59,210 bases of DNA from Bacteroidia bacterium (GTDB taxonomy: Bacteria > Bacteroidota > Bacteroidia > NS11-12g > UBA955): contig JBILJV010000005.1 of the NCBI GenBank assembly GCA_044377005.1, positions 1 to 59,210 on the forward strand, given 5' to 3'. Below, in pieces: positions 48,677 through 58,287 of this stretch. The stretch's first letter is position 1. The number at the start of each line of letters is the position of its first letter. The notes below the pieces were generated by a model. That model saw only the letters and a list, made by a program, of their open reading frames with translations, had not been told where the DNA came from and searched no databases. The translations under genes and the position numbers were made by a program.

Positions 48677-51031
48677 TTAAAATTTAAAACCAAGATTAAC
48701 TGAAGGCAAAATAGGGAATAAACCGACTCTGGTTATTTGTTTGTTCCCCTTAAAATCTGTACCTATTCGGTAATAAAACGGATTAATTCTACTGTAGGCA
48801 TTGTAAACACTAAAATTCAAATCTATCATCCCCCATTTTTTCTTAAAATGACGAGTCACACTTAAATCTAAGCGGTGATAATCGGCAAATCTAAAATTAT
48901 TTCTACCCGAATAGGTATAAACATTACCAAAACCAATTCCTGTTCCTAATGTTCCAGGATAAGCTCCTGTTGGCATGGTTAGTGCATTTCCGGTTCTGTA
49001 AACCCAAACCAAACCATAATCCCATTTTTCATTTTCCTTGTAATTCAAGACGAAAGAAAAATCATGTCTGCTGTCATACTTATAAAAAAACGCTTTACCA
49101 AAGTTCAATTCAGGAATGGTGCGCTTAACCCAAGAAAGTGTATAACCAATCCATCCCGTAAAATTCCCTGATTTTCTTTGTGCTAAAAACTCAAATCCAT
49201 AGGCTTCTCCATTACCCACGGCTACTTTATTCTCCCATGAATTGTTGACATTCAAAAAGGAGGCGCCTTCTTTGAATTCTATTACATTTTTCATCGTTTT
49301 ATAATAGGTTTCAAAAGTGAATTCATACTTGCCTAAGGTTTTGGCAACTCCCATTGCAACTTGGTTCGACCGCATTGGTTTTATTAAATTGGTAGCAGGA
49401 ACCCACAAATCATTAGGCAAACCAATGGTGTTATTGGTTAGTAAATGAATATTTTGAGACATGTTGGCAAACGAACCTTTTAATGACAATGTTTTACTGA
49501 TGAGATATCGAACTGCCATACGGGGTTGTATTGTTGGGAAAAAACTCTTTTTATAGTTGTAAAGATTAAAATGCAATCCATAATTAACTTTAAAACGGGT
49601 CGACCAATCGTAATCGTCTTCTACATATGCGCTCATTTCCAATGAATTGGTTATACCACTTCCAAAGGCGGTATCAATGCTTCTTTCTCCAGTTTTTCTA
49701 TAAACTACAGTACTTTGTCCGGGCACAAATTGGTGATGAATAGCCGACAAGCCAAATCGAATGTAATGCTTTCCTTGGTTGTATTCGGCATCGCTTTTAA
49801 GCGTTATATCATTGATGCGACTGCCAAATCCATTAAAATTGTATTGCTCTGTTAAACCCGTATCTGTTTGTTCACTATTTGAAACAGATTCATCTATTTC
49901 ATAAAAATATTTAGTCAGGTTGAGCTGTGTATTTATAAACAAATTTTTATTGATAATTTGATTGAATTTAAGAGTAGCCAATTGATTGCCCCATTGATTA
50001 CGCGCTAAACTTTGTTCTTTAATTACATTACCATCATACAAATATGAATAAGGTTTATTTTCTTGATAAAACTTATCGATACCATTGTAAAAACTCAAAT
50101 ATAATCTGTTTTTGGAATTCAACTTCCAATTTAATTTGGCATTAAAATCTGAGAAAAAATACCCTTGGTTTAAATTGGGATTCCCTGAACTTGACCTTAA
50201 TATAGGTTGCAAAATTAAATCCAAATAAGTTCTGCGTGCAGAAACCATAAACGAGACTTTATCTTTGACTAAGGGACCTTCAAAAGTAAATTTACTTGCC
50301 AATGCGCCTATACTTCCCTCTCCCTTAAATTTTTTCATATTACCATCTTTCATGGTGATGTCCAAAACACTACTTAAACGCCCTCCGTATCTGGAAGGGA
50401 AACCACCTTTTAGCAATTGTACATTATTGATGGCATCGGTATTAAAAACAGAGAAAAAACCAAATAAATGTGAAGGGTTATAAACCATTGCCCCATCTAA
50501 TAAAATTAAATTTTGGTCGGCACCTCCACCTCTTACATACAACCCTGTACTTCCTTCAGAACCCCCTTTGATTCCCGGCATCAGTTGAATGGCTTTTATC
50601 AAATCCGTTTCACCCATAAACCTAGGTAACATTTTTATTTGATTCGATGAAATATTGATGGTGCTCATTTGTACATCCTCCACCATTTTGGATTCTTTTT
50701 TTATTTTAAAAGTTACATTATCAAACATAATTCCCTCTTGAACAACAGGAATAATGATAGGCATAGGCGTATTTTTGTTAATGGATATAAATGTTTGCTT
50801 GTAACCAATGTGAGAAATACTTAAAATGACAGTATCCTTATTGGCTTTCAAACTAAAATAGCCATAATTATTGCTTATAGTACTCGAACTACCATTAAGA
50901 ATTTTAATGTTTGTTCCAATAAGTTTCTCGAGAGAACTAGAGTCTTGAACATACCCATAAACTATATATTGAGACTTTAAATGAGATAAAACAAAAAAAC
51001 AAAATACAAATAAAACAAAATGTTTGAACAT
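48677..51031 (-). CDS. TonB-dependent receptor with N-terminal CarboxypepD-like domain
   Basis: YVRGG..DQNLILLDG..VYNPSHLFGFFS, GGRLSSV plug motifs, YHRLDLS and terminal Phe. Confidence 0.92.
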   Translation of the reverse strand: MFKHFVLFVFCFFVLSHLKSQYIVYGYVQDSSSLEKLIGTNIKILNGSSSTISNNYGYFSLKANKDTVILSISHIGYKQTFISINKNTPMPIIIPVVQEGIMFDNVTFKIKKESKMVEDVQMSTINISSNQIKMLPRFMGETDLIKAIQLMPGIKGGSEGSTGLYVRGGGADQNLILLDGAMVYNPSHLFGFFSVFNTDAINNVQLLKGGFPSRYGGRLSSVLDITMKDGNMKKFKGEGSIGALASKFTFEGPLVKDKVSFMVSARRTYLDLILQPILRSSSGNPNLNQGYFFSDFNAKLNWKLNSKNRLYLSFYNGIDKFYQENKPYSYLYDGNVIKEQSLARNQWGNQLATLKFNQIINKNLFINTQLNLTKYFYEIDESVSNSEQTDTGLTEQYNFNGFGSRINDITLKSDAEYNQGKHYIRFGLSAIHHQFVPGQSTVVYRKTGERSIDTAFGSGITNSLEMSAYVEDDYDWSTRFKVNYGLHFNLYNYKKSFFPTIQPRMAVRYLISKTLSLKGSFANMSQNIHLLTNNTIGLPNDLWVPATNLIKPMRSNQVAMGVAKTLGKYEFTFETYYKTMKNVIEFKEGASFLNVNNSWENKVAVGNGEAYGFEFLAQRKSGNFTGWIGYTLSWVKRTIPELNFGKAFFYKYDSRHDFSFVLNYKENEKWDYGLVWVYRTGNALTMPTGAYPGTLGTGIGFGNVYTYSGRNNFRFADYHRLDLSVTRHFKKKWGMIDLNFSVYNAYSRINPFYYRIGTDFKGNKQITRVGLFPILPSVNLGFKF

Positions 51032-51092
51032 AGATTTTTTACAAACGCAAATAAAACGAAATTATTACATACTTTTGTTTTTAAATTTTTCA

Positions 51093-51497
51093 ATGAATAA
51101 AATAGAACACATTGGCATCGCCGTTAAAGACATTGAGACGTCTAATTTGTTGTTTTCCAAAATTTTAAACACTCAACCTTACAAAACCGAAGAAGTAGAA
51201 AGTGAAGGCGTTATTACTAGTTTTTTTATGGTAGGAGACACCAAAATTGAATTACTACAAGCCACTAAACCTGAGAGTGCAATTGCCAAATTTATTGAAA
51301 AAAAAGGCGAGGGTATTCACCACATTGCTTTTGGAGTGACCGATGCTGCTGAAGAAATTAAACGTTTGAATATTGAAGGTATAGAAATGATTCATTCGGT
51401 TCCTAAAAATGGTGCTGATAATAAAAGTATTGCTTTTGCACACCCCAAAAGCACCAATGGTGTTTTAATAGAAGTTTGTTCGGACATTCAACAATAA
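51093..51497 (+). CDS. mce: Methylmalonyl-CoA epimerase
   Basis: IEHIGIAV, KIELL, GEGIHHIAF and HPKSTNGVLIE. Start re-called at ATG 51093; -7 element TACTTTTG at 51070-51077. Confidence 0.93.
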   Translation: MNKIEHIGIAVKDIETSNLLFSKILNTQPYKTEEVESEGVITSFFMVGDTKIELLQATKPESAIAKFIEKKGEGIHHIAFGVTDAAEEIKRLNIEGIEMIHSVPKNGADNKSIAFAHPKSTNGVLIEVCSDIQQ

Positions 51498-51533
51498 GGC
51501 ACTAAATTTGTAAATATTGTGTCTATTAAGCTC

Positions 51534-52676
51534 ATGAAATATATTCTTCTTTATATCATTTATTTTTTGTCCATCACTGTATCTTGGGCTCAACTTATTC
51601 CATACAGAGTTAACGAAAAATGGGGTTACAGCGACACTTCTGGTAAAATTATTATTGAACCACAATATGATGAAACCGAATTTTTTAATGACGATTTTGC
51701 TTTTATTAAAATAGATTCTTTATACTATGGCATTAACTCTACAGGTCAAATAATAACTGAAGCTTTTAGATTCCATGGCGAATTTAGTGAAGGTCTTTGC
51801 CATGTTCAAAACTCCAAACTAAAAACATACTATATTAACACCTCCGGACAGCCTGAATTTAATAAAACTTACGAAGCTTTGGAGTCATTTTCAGAGGGTT
51901 TAGCAGTTGTATCAGTGAATAAAAAACTTGGTATCATTAACCGAAAAGGCGAATGGGTAAGACCTCCTAATTTTGATACTAGTAGTCAAAAATTCCAATC
52001 TGGTTTTTTGTTAGGTTTAAGCAAGGGAAAATACTTTTATATAGACAAGCAAGGAACTACATTATCCTTACCTGACAGCATAATTCCTGCAGGTATTTTC
52101 TCTGAGGGAATAGCTCCCGTATATGTAAAAACCAGAAGCAAAATTGCCCCCTATGGATTAACCTATGTTCTTCAATTTATAGACACTAGCGGTCAAATAA
52201 TTATGAAAGACTTTATCAACGATAGCTTTGATTATTCAGAATACATTACCATTGAAAAAGAATTCAGAGATGGCAAATGTGTAATTAAAAATAGAAACGA
52301 TGTTGGTTGGGATTACTATTTTCTTGACAGACAAAAACGCTTTTCTCCGTTATTTTCTTATGCCAAACACATTGGTGATTCTCTTTACCTTGGTATTTTG
52401 GGATTATATATGCCCGATTTTAGAATTATGGACAAAAACTTTTACGTAATGGGACAATTCCAAACCAAACCTACCCAAGTGGGTGAAATTGGCAATGGCC
52501 TTATTCCTGTTAGAGACAAAGAAGGAAAATGGGGCTATATGAACTCTAATTGCAGACTTTTGATACCACATCGTTATGATGGGGCATCTGCATTTAAAAA
52601 TGGCTATGCCATGATTATTTCAAACCAAAAACGTGGTGTCATTAACACCCAAGGGAAACATTTTTTTAAAGATTAA
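51534..52676 (+). CDS. WG-repeat secreted protein
   Basis: Signal peptide and repeated KWGY.D..G..II/FSEGLA.V units. Start re-called at ATG 51534; -7 element TAAATTTG at 51503-51510. Confidence 0.85.
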   Translation: MKYILLYIIYFLSITVSWAQLIPYRVNEKWGYSDTSGKIIIEPQYDETEFFNDDFAFIKIDSLYYGINSTGQIITEAFRFHGEFSEGLCHVQNSKLKTYYINTSGQPEFNKTYEALESFSEGLAVVSVNKKLGIINRKGEWVRPPNFDTSSQKFQSGFLLGLSKGKYFYIDKQGTTLSLPDSIIPAGIFSEGIAPVYVKTRSKIAPYGLTYVLQFIDTSGQIIMKDFINDSFDYSEYITIEKEFRDGKCVIKNRNDVGWDYYFLDRQKRFSPLFSYAKHIGDSLYLGILGLYMPDFRIMDKNFYVMGQFQTKPTQVGEIGNGLIPVRDKEGKWGYMNSNCRLLIPHRYDGASAFKNGYAMIISNQKRGVINTQGKHFFKD

Positions 52677-52678
52677 CT

Positions 52679-53176
52679 ATGAAAATATCGCTTATAGCTG
52701 CCATAGACAAACACTTTGCAATAGGTGCAACGAATCAATTGATGTGGCACTTACCAGATGACTTTAAATGGTTTGTAAAACATACGAAGGGCAAACCCAT
52801 GTTAATGGGCCGAAACACCATGAATTCATTAGGTAAACCTTTGCCTAATCGTATGAATTTGGTACTTTCTTCGAAAAACGAAGACATCATTGAGGGATTT
52901 ATTCATGTATTTTCCATTGAAGAAGCTCTAAATGCAATTCCTGAAAATACAGAAGAGTTAATGATTATTGGTGGAGGACAAGTGTATCGCGAATTTATTC
53001 AAATAGCCGATTGTTTGTACATCACCATTGTCAACCATGTATTCGAAAAAGCCGATACATTTTTCCCTCAGTGGAATCCTGAAGAGTGGCAACAATCCTT
53101 CTCGGAACATCACCCTAAAGACGAAAAACATCTTTATGATTTCGAGTTTGTTGTCTTAGATAAAATAAAACGATAA
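52679..53176 (+). CDS. folA: Dihydrofolate reductase
   Basis: AIG..N.L.WHLP.D...F, MGR.T, LPNR, IIGGGQVY and ADTFFP. Confidence 0.95.
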   Translation: MKISLIAAIDKHFAIGATNQLMWHLPDDFKWFVKHTKGKPMLMGRNTMNSLGKPLPNRMNLVLSSKNEDIIEGFIHVFSIEEALNAIPENTEELMIIGGGQVYREFIQIADCLYITIVNHVFEKADTFFPQWNPEEWQQSFSEHHPKDEKHLYDFEFVVLDKIKR

Positions 53177-53191
53177 GTAAATTATAAAATA

Positions 53192-53866
53192 TTATTTTTG
53201 AAACAAATGGTAATTGATTGTAAACAAAGCTGAACGAACAATAGAACCATTGGTACCAGATTTAGTTTCTATGATTTGGTTACTTAAATCGTTGAATTTA
53301 TTTTTATAGTAATAAATTGAAAAATTGGTTTCTATTCCAAATGATAATTGCGCAATTGGACGGTATTTAATCCCAAATGAGGGCATAATCCCAATTCTAT
53401 TTGATACATTGTTGTATGATCTTTCGATGTATGTCCCTCTAAACCCTCCCCAATCAGCAAATATGCCCTCTGACGAAGAATTAGCATAAAACAAATCGGC
53501 AGCAACATAAGGCGATAATTTACTTGGAAAAAATACTTTTTCAGCACCTACTCTTAAAGTTGTTAATTTAAATGAACCACTGTCTTTACTTCCATAGGTA
53601 TTTCCGACAACATTAAACTCAAAAGGCCCTCTGTTTTGATTAACTCCCGCCCTCAATATGAATTTTTTATAATGTTTTTTAACCATTAGACCATTGATAA
53701 TCGTTTTACTTAAAGGGTATTCAAACATGATGTTTGAGCTAAGCCCAATTTCGTATTGTGGAAAAAAAATGCCAGAATCCGCGCTACACATGCACATTTT
53801 ACTTTGTGCATTAATTGGATTTACCACGACTAAAAATGCAATAATTATAAGTAGTTTTATTTTCAT
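53192..53866 (-). CDS. Small outer-membrane beta-barrel protein, hypothetical
   Basis: Signal peptide and alternating strands (LRVGAEK, SPYVAADL, GIKYRP..LSFGIETN). Confidence 0.6.
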   Translation of the reverse strand: MKIKLLIIIAFLVVVNPINAQSKMCMCSADSGIFFPQYEIGLSSNIMFEYPLSKTIINGLMVKKHYKKFILRAGVNQNRGPFEFNVVGNTYGSKDSGSFKLTTLRVGAEKVFFPSKLSPYVAADLFYANSSSEGIFADWGGFRGTYIERSYNNVSNRIGIMPSFGIKYRPIAQLSFGIETNFSIYYYKNKFNDLSNQIIETKSGTNGSIVRSALFTINYHLFQK

Positions 53867-53877
53867 TTATCAATAAT

Positions 53878-55299
53878 TTAAAATTCGTATGCCCCAATAT
53901 CAGGTTCACTGTCTCTTGCTTTTCCATCTAAATCAGCAGGTACAGAGAAATTTACATTGGCTTTATTAATGGCTGGCGAACCAGCATTTAATTTAAAATC
54001 GGATGTGCCAATTTGCTTAAATAAAGGATCGGCATTAAACAACAAATCATTTCCACCAAAGGCTGTTTTAGAACGTATAATACTCGACCTAAACACTGCA
54101 AAATCTGGCAAAACAGTGGTACTAATATCGAACCCTATCTCAGTTTGATTAGGCCCCCAAATAATACTATTCAAAAAAGCATACCCAATAGGGAAAGTGC
54201 GGGTAACTTGGTTATTATCATTGCGCAATTGATTATTGAAAATCAAATGTGGATCTCTTCTGCCTCCTCCTGCATAAAAAGTACAATGCCTGAATGTATA
54301 ATAACCTCCCCAATAACCTAGCACTGTGTTGGCACCGCAATTGGCAACCACACAATTTTCCATATAAATTTGTGCTGTTAGTCCTAATACCCCGTATGCA
54401 CTGATGTTTTTGATAATGGTGTTGTAGATTTTAAGATTCTCTTGTGTGTTTTCCGACAAGGAATCAACCCACACGCCAATGGTTGCATTTTTTATAATAG
54501 AATGGCGTATTTCATTGTTTACACTCCCTCTAAAAAAACGAATACCTCGCCATTGACCTGGCAAATCTTTGAATTTTACGTCCAATCTATCCCCTTGAAA
54601 AACTACTGGATTATCGGAAGTTCCATTTACTTTTAAAGTCCCTAGCACATTGATAGCACTCACATTAATAATGGTATTGGGATTGCTTACAAACACTGAA
54701 TTAGCTGTGCTGTAAATGTGTACCCCCGGACCAATCGTCATTGTAACACCTTCATCAACAAAACAGGTATTGACTATTACATAAGGTTTGTCCGTTTTTG
54801 TTAAAGTAATGTCTTGTTCAAAAAGAGTATCGTTGAAATAATAGGCGTCCCAACCATAAGCAGCCAATTGAACATATTGTCTGTTACCATTGGTTTCGAA
54901 TTCAATACTGTCGCGCACCAAGGCAGGTTGTGTTAACTGATTGGGTTCTAGCGTACATTCCACAAACACCAAAGCACTGTCTTTGGGCAATATTTCTATG
55001 TCTGCTATTTCTTTACCGAATCTTCCGTCCACATTGAATCGGTATGAAGATGTACTACCTCCCATTACCCTTGCATTTACAAAAATGGTTTCTTTGTAAG
55101 GGTTTCTTACCATAAACCTTTTGTTAATGGAACGAGGATAAGCGGTACCAGGAAGTCGAGTAAAAACCGTGTCAAATAAAATAGTATCTTTTGAAAAACC
55201 GAGTGTTCCTGCTGATTTTAAAACAGCATCGTCCTTGCGGCACGATTCCATTAAAACCAAGGAAATCAAAATTACACAGAGTTTCGTCCAGAATTTCAT
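53878..55299 (-). CDS. Lipoprotein with Ig-like domain and right-handed beta-helix (choice-of-anchor Q-like C terminus)
   Basis: Lipobox MESC, GQWRGI beta-helix entry, DLDGKAR...DIGAYE end. -7 element TAACTTTG at 55308-55315. Confidence 0.7.
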   Translation of the reverse strand: MKFWTKLCVILISLVLMESCRKDDAVLKSAGTLGFSKDTILFDTVFTRLPGTAYPRSINKRFMVRNPYKETIFVNARVMGGSTSSYRFNVDGRFGKEIADIEILPKDSALVFVECTLEPNQLTQPALVRDSIEFETNGNRQYVQLAAYGWDAYYFNDTLFEQDITLTKTDKPYVIVNTCFVDEGVTMTIGPGVHIYSTANSVFVSNPNTIINVSAINVLGTLKVNGTSDNPVVFQGDRLDVKFKDLPGQWRGIRFFRGSVNNEIRHSIIKNATIGVWVDSLSENTQENLKIYNTIIKNISAYGVLGLTAQIYMENCVVANCGANTVLGYWGGYYTFRHCTFYAGGGRRDPHLIFNNQLRNDNNQVTRTFPIGYAFLNSIIWGPNQTEIGFDISTTVLPDFAVFRSSIIRSKTAFGGNDLLFNADPLFKQIGTSDFKLNAGSPAINKANVNFSVPADLDGKARDSEPDIGAYEF

Positions 55300-55358
55300 A
55301 TTTTAAACAAAGTTAATCATTTTTATTTTAAAACAATAAGAACTCAAAAACACGAATT

Positions 55359-56066
55359 TTATTGTACAGATTTTGGACCTTTGGGTTGCAATGGTCTTAC
55401 TTCTAAATTAACTTGATGGAAATTATCGGGAGTTTTTAATGAATACACAATCATGGCGGCAACATCATCGGGCATCAACATGTAGTCGTGCGGCTGAATA
55501 GAAGGACTGTTTCTGAAAAAATCTGTTTTTACACTGCCCGGATACACACAAGTAACTTTTATTTTAAAGTCTCTCAATTCTTTCCATAAACTCTCACTAA
55601 ATCCTTTCACCGCCCATTTGGTAGCACAATAGGCGCTTACCATTGGCATCCCTTCCAAACCTGCTGTACTGGAAATATTAATAATATGCCCTACCCCATT
55701 GGCTTTCATCACAGGCACTACTTTGCGTGTGCAATAAAACATGCCGTTGATATTGGTTTGAAACATTTCATCCCATTGTTCCAAGGGCAAATCTTCTACG
55801 TTGCCAAAGTAACCCAAACCGGCATTGTTAATTAAAATATCTATTTTCCCGTGTCTACTAGCCAACACTTGTTCCATGGCCGCATTTACTTCGTTCACAT
55901 TGCGAACATCGGTGGGAATAAATTGGTAATTTTCATGTTGAATGGCATTGTTATTTCTTCCCAATCCTATTACAACACAACCTTCTGTAAGTAATTGTTT
56001 GCACAGCGATTCTCCTATCCCTTTGCTTACGCCTGTAATTATGGCTATTCTATTTACTAATTTCAT
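55359..56066 (-). CDS. Classical short-chain dehydrogenase/reductase
   Basis: TGVSKGIG, NNAG and YCATK (YxxxK). Start re-called at ATG 56066. Confidence 0.9.
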   Translation of the reverse strand: MKLVNRIAIITGVSKGIGESLCKQLLTEGCVVIGLGRNNNAIQHENYQFIPTDVRNVNEVNAAMEQVLASRHGKIDILINNAGLGYFGNVEDLPLEQWDEMFQTNINGMFYCTRKVVPVMKANGVGHIINISSTAGLEGMPMVSAYCATKWAVKGFSESLWKELRDFKIKVTCVYPGSVKTDFFRNSPSIQPHDYMLMPDDVAAMIVYSLKTPDNFHQVNLEVRPLQPKGPKSVQ

Positions 56067-56919
56067 CTTCGTTTTTCTTAAAAGCGGCACTCATCCAATT
56101 GTTTTTGGTTTTACTGTTCACAAATACACAATGGTTTTGTTGACAAACAGCATCAATAGCATCAAAATCTTCTTTGTAAAAACCACTCAATAACAAGATG
56201 CTGTTTTTTTTCATTGCTTTAACATAATATTTAATGTCTGAAATCAAAATATGTCTGTTAATATTTGCAATAACAATGTCAAAAGTGGCAGGATATGATT
56301 TTAGCAAACCAGCATCACCCAGTATTATTTCGGCATTGTTTACCTTATTTTTCTCTAAATTTTCCTGAGCATTCTCATAACACCAACTGTCATTGTCTAT
56401 CCCAACAACTCTGCTACAACCCAACATACTAGCCAAAATAGCTAAAATCCCTGTGCCTGTTCCCATGTCTAAAACCATTTTATCTTTCAATGGAAGCTCC
56501 AATAAAAATTCTGCCATCATACTAGTGGTTTCGTGGTGACCGGTTCCAAAACTCATTTTTGGGTCAATCACTATTTCATAATTGGCTTTAATATCTGTTT
56601 GGTGAAAACTACTTTTAATCAAACATTGATCGCCAATTAAAATTGGTTGAAAATAGTTTTTCTCCCACTCTTCATTCCAGTTTTTAGGCGCTATTAATTC
56701 AATGGTATAAGTTGGCTCAATTAAGTTTTTTTCAATCAACTGTTCAACCAATATTACTATTTCATCATCACCCATCAACTCCTCAGCGATATAGGCTTTT
56801 ATGATTTCATCTTCGGCAGAGCCTTCAAAACCAAATTCACCTAAATAAGCAGAAATAATATCTACATTTTCATCAAACGGCTCCTTTGCGGTTAACGCAA
56901 GTTCTTTGTATATGGTCAT
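56050..56919 (-). CDS. prmA: Ribosomal protein L11 methyltransferase
   Basis: NWNEEW, IDPKMSFGTGHH.TT, VLDMGTGTGIL and ANINR. Confidence 0.93.
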   Translation of the reverse strand: MTIYKELALTAKEPFDENVDIISAYLGEFGFEGSAEDEIIKAYIAEELMGDDEIVILVEQLIEKNLIEPTYTIELIAPKNWNEEWEKNYFQPILIGDQCLIKSSFHQTDIKANYEIVIDPKMSFGTGHHETTSMMAEFLLELPLKDKMVLDMGTGTGILAILASMLGCSRVVGIDNDSWCYENAQENLEKNKVNNAEIILGDAGLLKSYPATFDIVIANINRHILISDIKYYVKAMKKNSILLLSGFYKEDFDAIDAVCQQNHCVFVNSKTKNNWMSAAFKKNEDEISK

Positions 56920-58188
56920 TTATTTATAATTCATTAATAAGGCTCCAAATGTATATATATCCTTGAAAGTATTATACATTGGCACGGGTGCTAAGCGGAT
57001 AACATTTGGATTTCTCCAATCGGCAATTACCCCATTTTGGGTTAAATAATCAAAAATCATTTTGCCATTGTCATCTGTCAACAAACTGATTTGACAACCT
57101 CTTTCGGGAGACGGTGGCGTAATAATTTTAAAATTCAATAAGGCATTGTGTTTCATAGCCTCTTCTATTACAAATTGCAAATACGCATTTAAGTTTTTAC
57201 CTTTTTCTACTAATGCAGACATTCCTGCAGCCTCAAACAATTGAAGTGCTTCGCGGTGAACAGCCATGCTAAAAACAGGGGCATTGCTCAGCTGCCAACC
57301 TGCCGCTCCCTCTTCGGGAACAAAGCCTTTTAACATTTTGAAACGCTCTTGTTCATCGTGTCCCCACCAACCTGCAAATCGAGGTAAACTTGTGTCTGTG
57401 GCATGTCTTTCGTGAACAAATGCACCTGCCACACCGCCTGGACCTGAGTTTAAATATTTATAACTGCACCAAGCTGCAAAATCCACATTCCATTCGTTCA
57501 ATTTTAACTCGATATTTCCAGCAGCATGCGCTAAATCGAAACCTACAACAGCACCACAAGCATGTCCTTTTTCAGTAATTTCTTTGATATTAAACACCTG
57601 ACCACTGTAATACTGAACACCGCTAAAAAACACCAAAGCAACTTCGTCTTTGTGCGCTTCGATTGTGTCCAAAATATCCTGATGGCGGAGTGTATATTCT
57701 CCTTCACGCGGTTTTACCTCAACAATAGCCTCATTCGGATTAAATCCATGAAACTTAACCTGAGATTCCACCAAATACATATCGCTAGGGAAAGCGCCCG
57801 CTTCCATAATAATTTTAAACCTTTGTTGTGTTGGTCGGTAAAAACTAACAAATAAAAAATGAAGATTAGAGGTCAGTTGATTCATCACCACCACTTCGAT
57901 GGGTTTTGCACCCACGACTAAAGCAGCGCCATTGGTCAAAAACTTGTGGTAGTGAAACCAAGGATTTTTGCCATGAAAATGCCCTTCGACACCCATATTT
58001 TTCCAATCTTCCAACTCGGTTTGAAGTGCTGATAATACCGACTTAGGTTGTAATCCCAAGGAATTACCTGTAAAATAAAGTGACTCTTTCCCATTAACAT
58101 GAGGGATAAAATACTTTTCTCTAAAGGATTGAAGACGGTCGCTGCTGTCTAACTTTAGTGCAAAAGAAAGCGAATTTTCAAAATTCAT
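56920..58188 (-). CDS. kynU: Kynureninase
   Basis: YFTGNSLGLQP, FDLAHAAGN, WCSYKYLNSGPG, GWWG and RGCQIS. Start re-called at ATG 58188. Confidence 0.94.
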   Translation of the reverse strand: MNFENSLSFALKLDSSDRLQSFREKYFIPHVNGKESLYFTGNSLGLQPKSVLSALQTELEDWKNMGVEGHFHGKNPWFHYHKFLTNGAALVVGAKPIEVVVMNQLTSNLHFLFVSFYRPTQQRFKIIMEAGAFPSDMYLVESQVKFHGFNPNEAIVEVKPREGEYTLRHQDILDTIEAHKDEVALVFFSGVQYYSGQVFNIKEITEKGHACGAVVGFDLAHAAGNIELKLNEWNVDFAAWCSYKYLNSGPGGVAGAFVHERHATDTSLPRFAGWWGHDEQERFKMLKGFVPEEGAAGWQLSNAPVFSMAVHREALQLFEAAGMSALVEKGKNLNAYLQFVIEEAMKHNALLNFKIITPPSPERGCQISLLTDDNGKMIFDYLTQNGVIADWRNPNVIRLAPVPMYNTFKDIYTFGALLMNYK

Positions 58189-58192
58189 GCTG

Positions 58193-58200
58193 CAAATATA
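58193..58200 (-). promoter_or_regulatory. -7 element (TATATTTG) 4 nt upstream of the kynU ATG
   Basis: Exact TAnnTTTG match followed by CAGC-ATG. Confidence 0.6.
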
Positions 58201-58287
58201 AGGATATGAACGCTTATGTTTCATCCCAAAAAAGCACTAGAAATGTCTATAAAACCACTTATTTAACAACAAAACCTTGACAAATAC

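Noticed and set aside
1997-57855. Many 60-160 aa ORFs in the track antisense to or nested in long genes (e.g. 4646-4963, 5516-5914, 6766-7092, 13296-13736, 16205-16690, 31143-31550, 53332-53547)
   Set aside because: They are shadow ORFs of well-supported genes, with no recognisable motifs, signal peptides or promoters.
2191-58224. N-terminal extensions in the ORF track (cyclophilin, purM, gamma-CA, PAP2, DUF4249, mce, WG-repeat protein, SDR, kynU)
   Set aside because: They translate promoter DNA (IFVF, YFCAF, YICS) or overlap neighbouring genes. Downstream ATGs fit signal peptides and family starts better.
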